This document shows, piece after piece, positions 46,459-60,480 of a stretch of 64,000 nucleotides of DNA. Numbering within the stretch: the first letter of the stretch is position 1; each line of letters begins with the position of its first letter. This stretch comes from a candidate division FCPU426 bacterium (GTDB lineage Bacteria; Oederibacteriota; Muellerivitia; Muellerivitales; Muellerivitaceae). Location of the stretch: the NCBI GenBank assembly GCA_963847625.1, contig CAWKAR010000013.1, forward strand, positions 1-64,000, written 5' to 3'. The position numbers were made by a program, and so were the translations under genes. The notes below the pieces were generated by a model. That model worked only from the letters and a program-made list of their open reading frames with translations. It made no database searches and had not been told where the DNA came from.

Positions 46459-48687
46459 ATGAGCGTTTTATTTGGCAAAAAGATATTTTTCATCATTACA
46501 AAAAAAGTTCTTTTTTCCAAGAAATCACCGCAAGAGTTAAAATATGTACCCATGAATCGCCACGATTTAATACGTTCGTCCTCTTCTGACAAGTCCTTCC
46601 ATCTTCTATATCTTTTATCCATTATTTTTTTAGTCACATTTTTTTTCCACCTCATCAGCGCCTCGCCGACCTTTTTTCAAGACGATTCCCCCGAAGCAAT
46701 TTCAGCAGCCTGGATTCTTGGAGTCTCACACGCGCCTAGTTATCCCCTACATACCCTTTTAGGAGCATGTTTACGTTGGTTGCAAGTCGGGAATCCGACA
46801 TTTTCTTATACTTTTCTTATATTACTTCTCTCTTCTTCAGGAAGTGTTCTTATTTCCATATGTCTTTGGGTCTTGCTCAAACCCATTTTCCTCTCTTCAA
46901 CCCAGTTTAAACATCGATCTTGGATCTTATATCTAATAATAACCTATGGCGGTTTTGAACTGGCTTTTGCAAAAAGCTATTGGAGCGCTTCTCTTTCCGC
47001 CAAGGGAAGCATTTACGTTTTACAGGTCATATTGGCAATTTCGGCTTTCTTCTTCGCGCTAAAACTGGCCCATTTTCCGCAAAATAATTTAAAACATTTA
47101 TCTAATATTTCTAAATTATTCCTGGGATTCATTTTCATTTTCTCATTAGGTTTCAGCCATCATTGGCAAAGCCAGGTGCTTCTTCTTCCATCAGTTTTTT
47201 TATGCTTTTCAGCGTTCCCCAAAAAAGGTTGGCGCATAAAAGGAAAACCCGGGTTTATATCACTATCCTTTTGCCTCTTGGTGATCGGGTTTAGTCTTTA
47301 TCTTTATTTGCCTCTAAGAGCTAACTTTCACCCCGCCTTGAATATCAACATCCCAAATAATTGGACTCGATTTATCGAATCAATTACTCGAGCTGATGCC
47401 CGTAAATTGGAATCTGATATTTCCAATGTTTTCTCGCTCGAGAAAAGGCCGGGTTCCTTCGGGAAAAATGCATTATCACTCGTGAACAACATCAGCGGAA
47501 AAGCGCTTTATATTTCAAATCATTTTATAAAAGAGATAAGCGTAATACCGGCCCTGCTTTGCTTATTGGGAATGGTTTTCCTCTCGATTCGCCCACGCGG
47601 TCCTCTAGGAATCTTCATACTCTGGGCGCTTTTCATGTCCTTAATCGCCAATCTTTTTTACCAGAAATTACAGCCTGTTGAATATTGGCATTTGGATAAT
47701 TATTTGATGGGCAATACCTGGTGTTTAGTTATTCTAAGCGCTTCTGGTTTAGGATGGATTTTTTATTCGGTTGGATTCCGGGTAAAACATTGTCGGACAA
47801 AAAACTGGATATTAGGCTTTGGAGTTGCGTTCCTAATGTGTTTAACCTTTTCCAATAGTCTAAGTACTTCCGGCATGACTAAAGAGTATCTTTATTACCA
47901 TTACGGAATAAACATTTTGAAATCTTTACCTAAAAACTCAATTTATTTCGCTGAAACCGATTACGATTATTTTTCCTGTCTTTATATGAAATTCGTGGAG
48001 AATAAACGCTCGGATGTGGAGTTGGTGTTTACACCGATGTTCAAAAAACAGTGGCCCCAAGAGGAGATTAAATCTCAATACCCCAACCTAACTCAAAAAT
48101 GGACAAATCCCTCATCCACAAATACATCTAATTCTTCTCGAGAATTGTTTAAAGTCATCATTGAATCCAATCAAACCGTTCATCCAATTTATTTTACTTT
48201 TTCAAACAGTATATTCGCGGATATGTATTTAAAAAGTGAGCCCTTTTTAATGTTTCAGCCATCTGGTCTCCTGTTGGAATTATCAGCGAAAGGCCAAAAA
48301 TTAACGTGCTCTTCACATTTAGTTATTTTAAACAATTTTTGGGAATGTTCTTTAAAACCCGCCTTGAATAACCCGCTTCCTTCAAATGTATTTCTTTTAG
48401 ACGCATGCGCGCATCCGTATTTAAACACTGCTTATTATGGAAAAGCCCGGGGAAACATGCTTGACTGGGATTGGTGTCTTGAGAAGGCGGCCCAGATCAT
48501 CCAAGATCCAATTTGGGAAACTCAGACCTGGAAGGAAAAAGGTGAAGGAGACATTACCGAAGGGAAATATCTAGAGGCGGTTCAAGCCTTTCAAAACTCC
48601 TTATCAATAACTCAATTAATAAAAAGGCCGGATTTAGCCGAGCCAATCATGCAAGAATTATCGTTGATTAACCAAAAACACCGTTAA
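46459..48687 (+). CDS. DUF2723-type (GT-C) membrane protein; start uncertain
   Basis: DDSPE.I..A..LGVSHAPSYPL, HHWQ, YLYLPLRA, ILKSLPKNSI.F...D. Confidence 0.82.
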   Translation: MSVLFGKKIFFIITKKVLFSKKSPQELKYVPMNRHDLIRSSSSDKSFHLLYLLSIIFLVTFFFHLISASPTFFQDDSPEAISAAWILGVSHAPSYPLHTLLGACLRWLQVGNPTFSYTFLILLLSSSGSVLISICLWVLLKPIFLSSTQFKHRSWILYLIITYGGFELAFAKSYWSASLSAKGSIYVLQVILAISAFFFALKLAHFPQNNLKHLSNISKLFLGFIFIFSLGFSHHWQSQVLLLPSVFLCFSAFPKKGWRIKGKPGFISLSFCLLVIGFSLYLYLPLRANFHPALNINIPNNWTRFIESITRADARKLESDISNVFSLEKRPGSFGKNALSLVNNISGKALYISNHFIKEISVIPALLCLLGMVFLSIRPRGPLGIFILWALFMSLIANLFYQKLQPVEYWHLDNYLMGNTWCLVILSASGLGWIFYSVGFRVKHCRTKNWILGFGVAFLMCLTFSNSLSTSGMTKEYLYYHYGINILKSLPKNSIYFAETDYDYFSCLYMKFVENKRSDVELVFTPMFKKQWPQEEIKSQYPNLTQKWTNPSSTNTSNSSRELFKVIIESNQTVHPIYFTFSNSIFADMYLKSEPFLMFQPSGLLLELSAKGQKLTCSSHLVILNNFWECSLKPALNNPLPSNVFLLDACAHPYLNTAYYGKARGNMLDWDWCLEKAAQIIQDPIWETQTWKEKGEGDITEGKYLEAVQAFQNSLSITQLIKRPDLAEPIMQELSLINQKHR

Positions 48688-48700
48688 TTCGATTGAAAAT

Positions 48701-48740
48701 AAAAAAAACCCAGCCATATTTCTATGACTGGGCTCGTTTT
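48701..48740. terminator. Terminator downstream of 5S rRNA
   Basis: aaaaaaaacccagcc...gactggg hairpin. Confidence 0.7.
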
Positions 48741-48744
48741 AAAA

Positions 48745-48861
<117 letters not shown>

Positions 48862-49007
48862 AACAGCGATCTCAGTTTCTGTTGTTACGCAGAACTGGAA
48901 AAATTATTTACGATAATGTGATTTTATTCTCACATTGACCTTCTTTCAAACAAAAGAAGGTTAGAAATACTAACTCCTGAACCGAAGATGCGGTGATAAT
49001 GAAACAT

Positions 49008-52050
<3,043 letters not shown>

Positions 52051-52260
52051 TGTTTCTTTGCCACCGCATAAGAATCTTTTATGCACTCGGTTCAGCTTAC
52101 TAGTAGTATTTCTATCGTTTTTCAAAGAACTAGTCCGTTCCCTTAGGAACAGTTCCGTCGATTTGGCGGATGAAAGTTTCTGCCTTAATACAGCAAAAAC
52201 TCCACGAATCATTCGTTGAACGAACGATTCATGCAGTTTTTGGGTTCCCCCACCTGAAAA

Positions 52261-52336
52261 TGGTGGAGATGACCGGAATCGAACCGGCGACCCCCTGCTT
52301 GCAAAGCAGGTGCTCTCCCAACTGAGCTACATCCCC
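52261..52336 (-). tRNA. tRNA-Ala(TGC)
   Basis: GGGGATGTAGCTCAG...TTTGCAA...CTCCACCA in the spacer. Confidence 0.97.
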
Positions 52337-52372
52337 TTCGCCTTTATCGCCCAGATAGCCCACTCAAAAAAT

Positions 52373-52449
<77 letters not shown>

Positions 52450-52617
52450 ATCCCAGTTTGGCGCAGGATATGGCGGTTATTTTTAACCCAATCACCTTCA
52501 AGGTCAAATTCAGATTGGCCCCTCAAAACTAAATAGTGCATAACTCGTTTGGGTATCCACTTTGGAGTTACGGATTGAGCTAGCCCTCAAAAAAGGGTTC
52601 CTCATCCATGGTCTCCA

Positions 52618-54176
<1,559 letters not shown>

Positions 54177-54497
54177 AGAGCTTTTAAAGGCTCTGCACAA
54201 CTCAAACTACATTGACAAGCACCCAAACTTATTTCATATGCACTATTTAGTTTTCAAAGACCAATCACCCTTTGATAAAAAACTAAAGGTCAATCCAAAA
54301 ACAATTGGATCACAAAGAAAAGCATCCATTCGATGCTTAACCCACCAAAGATTTATTCAATTCTTTAGTGTGATGCGCACCGCAATCGAAAATAACTAGT
54401 TAATTCGATTGTATTTGGTTTCAAGTCAAAGAACCGTTTTCTTTCACTTTCTCCGTAAAAGAAAGGAGGCCACAAGCCTTAGTGGTCAAGAGGGTTA

Positions 54498-54526
54498 CTT
54501 ATACAAAAACCTTGTATCCCTGTCAA
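54498..54526 (-). promoter_or_regulatory. rrn promoter
   Basis: TTGACA-17bp-TATAAG; boxA-like TCTTTGAAAA upstream of both 16S and 23S. Confidence 0.8.
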
Positions 54527-54553
54527 TAAATATTAAGCTTTTTTTGATTAATT

Positions 54554-56050
54554 TCAAGATTTGTAATTTTGTTGTGTTAAAGACACAGGAATATCTTGTT
54601 TTTTTGAACTTGCTTTCGAAGAAGATTCCCAAATCCAGCTTTGGATAAAGTTTAAGGCTTGCCTAACATTTGTTATAAAATCCTTGATATTCCTTATTTT
54701 TTTAAACCTTTTAATGATGTAACCCGGGCGTAGATAAAATGCACGATAGGCTTTCTTTCTAGCTTCATGCAACTCTTTAACACTTAAGGAAGGAAGATTT
54801 AAAATAGGCTGGTTTAATTCATATTTCGCATAATCGTTCGTTGTAATCCAACCATTTTTCTTCCCTATTTCTTCTAATTCTGTTTTGGGAAAAGGTATTG
54901 CACAATAAAATTGGGCATAATCGGGATCCAATTCAATTACATATTTTATAGTTTGCTTAATAGTATCCATGGTATCGCCGGGAAGCCCAAAAATAATATG
55001 AGTTAAAACCTCGATTCCTGCATCCTTCGTCAACTTTACAGCAACCCGGGCTTGTTCGGCGGTTGCACCCTTTTTCATTTTATGGAGTATTTCATCAACA
55101 CCAGATTCAACACCATAAGAAATACCGATACAACCCGAGACTTTCATTTCGCTTAAAACTTCTTGATCTACATGGTCAACACGGCTATTGGCCATCCAGC
55201 GGATCCTCTTTTCCAAACACCGGTTCTTAATTTCCGCACAGATATCCATGACAAATTTTTTACTTTGGTTAAAAGTATCTGACCACATTGTAAAATTACG
55301 GATTTTATATTTTTCAAGGCATTCTTGCATTTCATCAACAATATTTTTGGCACTTCGAAGTCGAAGTTTCTTTCCATAATATTGATGAGCAGTACAATAA
55401 ATGCACGAATAGGGACATCCCCTGCTGGTAATAATAAGGGTATAAGGTTCATTTATTACAGGTAATGTATATCGTGCATTATCCAGAAGATGACGCGCCG
55501 CAAAAGGCAAATCGTCAAGGTTTTCATTAAAAGGCCGATCTGCATTGTGGACAATCGAACCGTCATCTTTTTTATAGGATATTCCTAAAACAGTTTGAAG
55601 ATCCTTCCCTTTTTCCAAAGCATCGACTAGATCCTGTGCCGTCAACTCCGGCTCTCGACGGATAATAGACTCCAAAGCAGAAACCTTTAATATTTCTTCC
55701 GGGAGTGAAGTAGCATGGTTCCCAATAACCGTAAAATGAGCATTAGAAATTTTATGTATTCTATTAATAACCTCAATATCACTTGTCGAAGTTACCGTTG
55801 ACATATTAAAAAGTATGAACGAAGGTTCTAACTCACGGACTAACTTTTCCAAACCATTTATATCAATGCAATTAGCGATGCAATCCGCCAAAAACACTTC
55901 ATGATTTTTCGACTCCAAGGCTGCAGCAATCATCGGAAGAGAAATCGGAACCATAACATATTGAAAAGAATTTAATCGTTGTTCACACCGGCCTTCCCGG
56001 ATATAACCCATTCCGTTACTGGTTGGCGGATTCACAATCATTGTTTTCAT
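54554..56050 (-). CDS. B12-binding radical SAM protein
   Basis: N-terminal cobalamin-binding-like domain; TSRGCPYSCIYC; GVESG; likely start MKTMIVNPP. Confidence 0.92.
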   Translation of the reverse strand: MKTMIVNPPTSNGMGYIREGRCEQRLNSFQYVMVPISLPMIAAALESKNHEVFLADCIANCIDINGLEKLVRELEPSFILFNMSTVTSTSDIEVINRIHKISNAHFTVIGNHATSLPEEILKVSALESIIRREPELTAQDLVDALEKGKDLQTVLGISYKKDDGSIVHNADRPFNENLDDLPFAARHLLDNARYTLPVINEPYTLIITSRGCPYSCIYCTAHQYYGKKLRLRSAKNIVDEMQECLEKYKIRNFTMWSDTFNQSKKFVMDICAEIKNRCLEKRIRWMANSRVDHVDQEVLSEMKVSGCIGISYGVESGVDEILHKMKKGATAEQARVAVKLTKDAGIEVLTHIIFGLPGDTMDTIKQTIKYVIELDPDYAQFYCAIPFPKTELEEIGKKNGWITTNDYAKYELNQPILNLPSLSVKELHEARKKAYRAFYLRPGYIIKRFKKIRNIKDFITNVRQALNFIQSWIWESSSKASSKKQDIPVSLTQQNYKS

Positions 56051-56237
56051 TTGAATCTCATTCCATTTATTCCCATTAAAAATACTATTCAATTGATATT
56101 GGGGATTCAAGTCATAGTCAAAATAATGATTTTTATGCAGGAAAGATGCTAAAAAGATATAAAACTTTAGGATTAAGCATAGAACTTTTAGTGCTTGAAT
56201 ATAATAAAGATATCCCATGTAAATCATGGAATAATTA

Positions 56238-57218
56238 TTAGTTTGAGTTTATAGATCTGCCTTCTATCAATCGCTCCCATTTCCAGCATGCGACGAGACA
56301 TCCCGATTCGGAATTCTGTAGTGATTGTAATTCCTGAAAACAACGGTTTTCTGTATACGGACATCTTGGGTGAAAAGAACATCCAGTAGATAAACTCACC
56401 GGGTTCGGGGGTTCGCCCTTCAACATGGTTTCCTTATATTCGCTGGCATCCAATAAGGTCTTGGTATAAGGATGCCTTGGGCGAGTTAAGATTTTTTCAG
56501 TATCACCCTGTTCTACTATCCGCCCTAAATACATTACTTGTATTCGGCGGCTCAAATATGCCACTACCTGCAAGTCATGCGAGATAAAGAGAAAACTGAT
56601 GCCGTGTTCACGGTTTAAATCCGAAAGCAAGTTTAAAATCGAAGCTTGAACTGAAATATCCAATGAAGAGACCGGTTCGTCAAGGACGATAAATTTCGGT
56701 TGGCAAGCAAGAGCTCGAGCCAAACCAATTCGTTGGCGTTGCCCCCCGGAAAATTCATGCGGATACTTATCAAGATCTTCTTTCGAAAGGCCAACTCGAA
56801 CGAGAGTTTCTATCACCCAAGAAATCTGTTTTCGAGGTTCGAATAACCCGTGAACTTCCAATGGTTCCAAAAGAAGGTTTTTAATACTTTGCCGCGGATT
56901 GAGGGAAGCAAATGGATTTTGAAATACCATTTGGTAATTTTTACGGTTTTTCTTTTTTTCAGCCGGATTCATCTCGAAAGGAGAGGCCCCTTCCCAAAGC
57001 ACTTCGCCCGCCGAAGGCTTTTCCAGGGCAACAATGCAACGACCTAACGTGCTCTTTCCGCAACCAGATTCTCCAACCAATCCAACAATTTCCCCTTGGT
57101 CGATTTGCATCGAAATATCGGCAAGTGCTTGTAGATTTGCAATCGCTTTCCCAAAAATTCCACGCTGAACAGGAAAGACTTTTTTTAGTTGTTTGATGGA
57201 TAAAAGCACCGAACCCAT
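56238..57218 (-). CDS. oppF: Oligopeptide/dipeptide ABC ATPase
   Basis: GESGCGKST, YPHEFSGGQRQR, DEPVS, HPYT, GCSFHPRC. Confidence 0.9.
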   Translation of the reverse strand: MGSVLLSIKQLKKVFPVQRGIFGKAIANLQALADISMQIDQGEIVGLVGESGCGKSTLGRCIVALEKPSAGEVLWEGASPFEMNPAEKKKNRKNYQMVFQNPFASLNPRQSIKNLLLEPLEVHGLFEPRKQISWVIETLVRVGLSKEDLDKYPHEFSGGQRQRIGLARALACQPKFIVLDEPVSSLDISVQASILNLLSDLNREHGISFLFISHDLQVVAYLSRRIQVMYLGRIVEQGDTEKILTRPRHPYTKTLLDASEYKETMLKGEPPNPVSLSTGCSFHPRCPYTENRCFQELQSLQNSESGCLVACWKWERLIEGRSINSN

Positions 57219-58168
57219 TGACTCCCTTTCCCGAAAGATAAAATAGGGTGACATTGAACGCATTGTGACTTCCGTTTGAGGCATCTATCGGCAAATGAAC
57301 ACCCAGGAAAGACATCAAAGGGCGTTGGCACATTACCCGGGATATTAGGCAATAAACTTCCCCGTCGATGTTTTTCAGGTAGTGAAGCTAGAAGGCTTTC
57401 CGTATATGGGTGTTGGGGATGTTCAAACAATTCTTTTGGCGTCCCCTGTTCAACGACTTGTCCTGCATAAAATATAATGACGCGATTTGAATGTTCACGA
57501 ACCAGTCGAAGATTATGGGTGATAAAAAGAAGCGCCATTTGGCGTTGGATGGTCATACGAATTAAAAGATCCAAAATCTGACTTTGAACAGTAACATCCA
57601 GGGCGGTAGTGGGCTCGTCCGCAATTAAGAGTGAAGGGCCACATGCCACTGCCATCGCGATCATTATCCTCTGGCACATTCCACCGGAAAGTTGAAATGG
57701 ATATTGCCGAAAAATCCTTTCCGGATCAGGCAATCCAACATCTTCCAATAGTTTTAAAGTTTTCGATCGGATGGAGAGTGAATCCAACCCAAGATGCAAA
57801 CCCAATGTTTCAGCTATTTGATGTCCAACCGCCATCACTGGATTTAAGGAAGAAAAAGGTTCTTGAAAAATAATACCTATTTCTTTGCCCCGTATATTCT
57901 TCCACTCCTTTAATGGTAGGCGATTTATTTCTATCCCCTTAAAAATAATCCTTCCATCTATCCATTCCATCGGCGGACGTGGTAAAAGACCCATGACCGA
58001 TAGAGCGGTCATACTTTTGCCACAACCCGATTCCCCAACGACTGAAACCCTTTCCCCCTCGGAAATGTTTAAGTCCACACCATTTAAAACCATACCAGGC
58101 TCAGGTCGCCTAGTATCATGTAATGCAATTCTAAGTTTCTCGATTTCCAGCAAAGTGCGATTATCCAT
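57185..58168 (-). CDS. oppD: Oligopeptide/dipeptide ABC ATPase
   Basis: GESGCGKS, LSGGMCQR, IADEPTTALDVTVQ. Confidence 0.9.
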   Translation of the reverse strand: MDNRTLLEIEKLRIALHDTRRPEPGMVLNGVDLNISEGERVSVVGESGCGKSMTALSVMGLLPRPPMEWIDGRIIFKGIEINRLPLKEWKNIRGKEIGIIFQEPFSSLNPVMAVGHQIAETLGLHLGLDSLSIRSKTLKLLEDVGLPDPERIFRQYPFQLSGGMCQRIMIAMAVACGPSLLIADEPTTALDVTVQSQILDLLIRMTIQRQMALLFITHNLRLVREHSNRVIIFYAGQVVEQGTPKELFEHPQHPYTESLLASLPEKHRRGSLLPNIPGNVPTPFDVFPGCSFADRCLKRKSQCVQCHPILSFGKGSQWVRCFYPSNN

Positions 58169-58240
58169 TCAGTAATAACCTTTAATGCCTTCCCTTTGAT
58201 TTGAAAATTAATTTAACCAATCAAGGCATCGATAGAAGGC

Positions 58241-59023
58241 TTAAATATTTTTAAGGTTTTTAAACTGGACTTCCAGGGAAGGAAAATCGATAACAGCGTA
58301 ATGTCCATCTTCAAGAAAACCCGGATTAACAACTGTAGTATTACCCATTCGGACCGTTCCCTGGCCCGATTTAGCACGGCCACAAAAAACCAATTTTGGA
58401 GAAACGCGCTCAATAATTTCATTGATGAGCAAAACACCACAATGTTTCCCCTCCGATAAATCCAGCCGGCAGACAGGGGGGGAATGAAACAATAATATTT
58501 TATCGCTTGGAAAATATTCCAACCGCCTGAGTGAAAACTCTACCCAGGTTCTGGAATATTGGAGAACTAAATCTCGATTGTCCTCGCTGAGTGTAATTTC
58601 GCCGCCAAACCCAGCAATAATAAATTGGTCTTCCCGGCACATCATTTCGTGTGCGGGTCTCAAGTTTGGATAAATATCGGCATAATTATATACCGTTCGA
58701 AAATAAACGGCTTCAGAAGCATCATTATAACCTGGAATTACATAAATGATTTTCTGTGTGTCCGCCAAAACAAGGAGGAATTGTTTTAAATATTCAGTGT
58801 CTTGTTCAATTTCCTTCTGTATTACTGGATTGGTTAGATCAGGTTTACTGTGGAATCGCCATGCAGTCTCATACTCGTTCAATCTTTTTTCACCCTTCAT
58901 AGAACCGCCACAATAAAAAATAACATCAGGTTCTTCATATTTAATCATCATCGGGATTAGGGAAAGATATTCGCTAGCGCCGCGATAATCTGATAGGCAA
59001 ATGAATTTCAAAAACTTCTCCAT
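58241..59023 (-). CDS. Metallophosphoesterase-fold (Icc-like) protein with degenerate metal motifs
   Basis: CLSD, PDVIFYCG, IPGYND, FHSPP, VFCG, VVNPG. Confidence 0.75.
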   Translation of the reverse strand: MEKFLKFICLSDYRGASEYLSLIPMMIKYEEPDVIFYCGGSMKGEKRLNEYETAWRFHSKPDLTNPVIQKEIEQDTEYLKQFLLVLADTQKIIYVIPGYNDASEAVYFRTVYNYADIYPNLRPAHEMMCREDQFIIAGFGGEITLSEDNRDLVLQYSRTWVEFSLRRLEYFPSDKILLFHSPPVCRLDLSEGKHCGVLLINEIIERVSPKLVFCGRAKSGQGTVRMGNTTVVNPGFLEDGHYAVIDFPSLEVQFKNLKNI

Positions 59024-59157
59024 GACAAAATTGATTTAGATGCCATCCAAGCCAAAGATGATTTTTTAAATAAATCCCAGATTGCTTCGCGAAAAGTTTT
59101 TCGCTACAATTTTACTCCACAAGCCTATAACACTCAACCACAGCTAAAAAAACCATT

Positions 59158-60480
59158 ATGCCAAAAATTCAAAATCCCTACTTTGCAATGCCAGATGGAA
59201 CGCTCAAACACATTAATCCATTGACCGGCACGGAAGTATGGACTGTACCGACCAGGGCGCACCGCCCTTTTTATAACCGACCTATCAAACCGCCAAAATC
59301 GTTACTTAAGGGTGAAAAGGAGAATTTCTGCGACTTTTGTTTTTCCGAATATTTCAGGACTCCCCCCGAAAAGTCCCGATTAATTCAAAAATCTGATGGG
59401 CAATATCAAATTCTCGAGAAATTGAACCCCGACATGATCGAAGCTTCTAAAGCGGTTTTTCGCCGGGTTGCGAATCTCTTCGAAATTGTGACCATCGATT
59501 ACTGGAAAAAAAACCATGGCTTTCAACTCTCGCCTTCACAAATCCATTGGCGTCAAAGTTATTTGGGCAATCCAAGAGGTATGGAACATGTTCTCCGCAT
59601 AATTGATAATAAATTGAACCTCAGCGTTCAAGATCCCGAAGGAATTTCTCATATTAGCACTGATGAAAAAATTGCCATGGCCGACGCTTTTTTTGGGGGT
59701 AGTCATGAATTAGTTATCGCAGGGCATCATTACAAACCAGATGCGGAATACGATAATGAGCTTTTTTCATCCGGTGAAATGTCTCCTGATGAGCATTACA
59801 GATATATGCGTTTTACGATTGATGCCATTTCAGACATTTATGTTAATAATAAATTTGTCCGTTACGTCACGGTTTTTCAAAATTGGTTGGAGTCAGCCGG
59901 TGCTTCCTTGGAACATTTGCACAAACAACTAGTCGGTTTGGACGAATGGGGAACCTCCATTCAATATGAAGTCGATATCGCAAAAGAAAATCCCAATATT
60001 TACAATGAATCCATAGTCAATTTTTCAGCTCTGCATAATTTAATATTCGCGGAAAATGATTATGCCCTCGCTTTATCCGAAATTGGCCACCGCTATCCCA
60101 CACTCGCCATTTACTCAAAAAGCTCCCATCCACGACCAGCCGAGCATACCGAGGAAGAACTTCGGGGATTTTCAGATTTAGTTCATGCCTGCCATGCGGC
60201 AATGGGTGCACAATGTCCATGCAATGAGGAATGGTACTATTCTCCCCCAGACGCGGTAAATGTTATGCCTTGGCATATCCTCATTAAATGGAGAGCCATT
60301 AATTTAGCTGGATTCGAGGGGGGAACAAAAATCTATATCAATCCCATTTCCCCAAGCTCGCTCAGGGATATGGTAGTTCCAAGACTTTACCAATTAAGGA
60401 ATGAGGGCAAAATAAAAAATATTCGAATTGCCACGGAATGTCATATAAAACCCGATCCCCTTCTTTACTGTAAAAAATAA
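59158..60480 (+). CDS. DUF4921 / GalT-like HIT-fold nucleotidyltransferase
   Basis: NPLTGTEVW, FQNW..AGASLEHLHKQ, AGFEGGTKIYIN. Confidence 0.85.
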   Translation: MPKIQNPYFAMPDGTLKHINPLTGTEVWTVPTRAHRPFYNRPIKPPKSLLKGEKENFCDFCFSEYFRTPPEKSRLIQKSDGQYQILEKLNPDMIEASKAVFRRVANLFEIVTIDYWKKNHGFQLSPSQIHWRQSYLGNPRGMEHVLRIIDNKLNLSVQDPEGISHISTDEKIAMADAFFGGSHELVIAGHHYKPDAEYDNELFSSGEMSPDEHYRYMRFTIDAISDIYVNNKFVRYVTVFQNWLESAGASLEHLHKQLVGLDEWGTSIQYEVDIAKENPNIYNESIVNFSALHNLIFAENDYALALSEIGHRYPTLAIYSKSSHPRPAEHTEEELRGFSDLVHACHAAMGAQCPCNEEWYYSPPDAVNVMPWHILIKWRAINLAGFEGGTKIYINPISPSSLRDMVVPRLYQLRNEGKIKNIRIATECHIKPDPLLYCKK

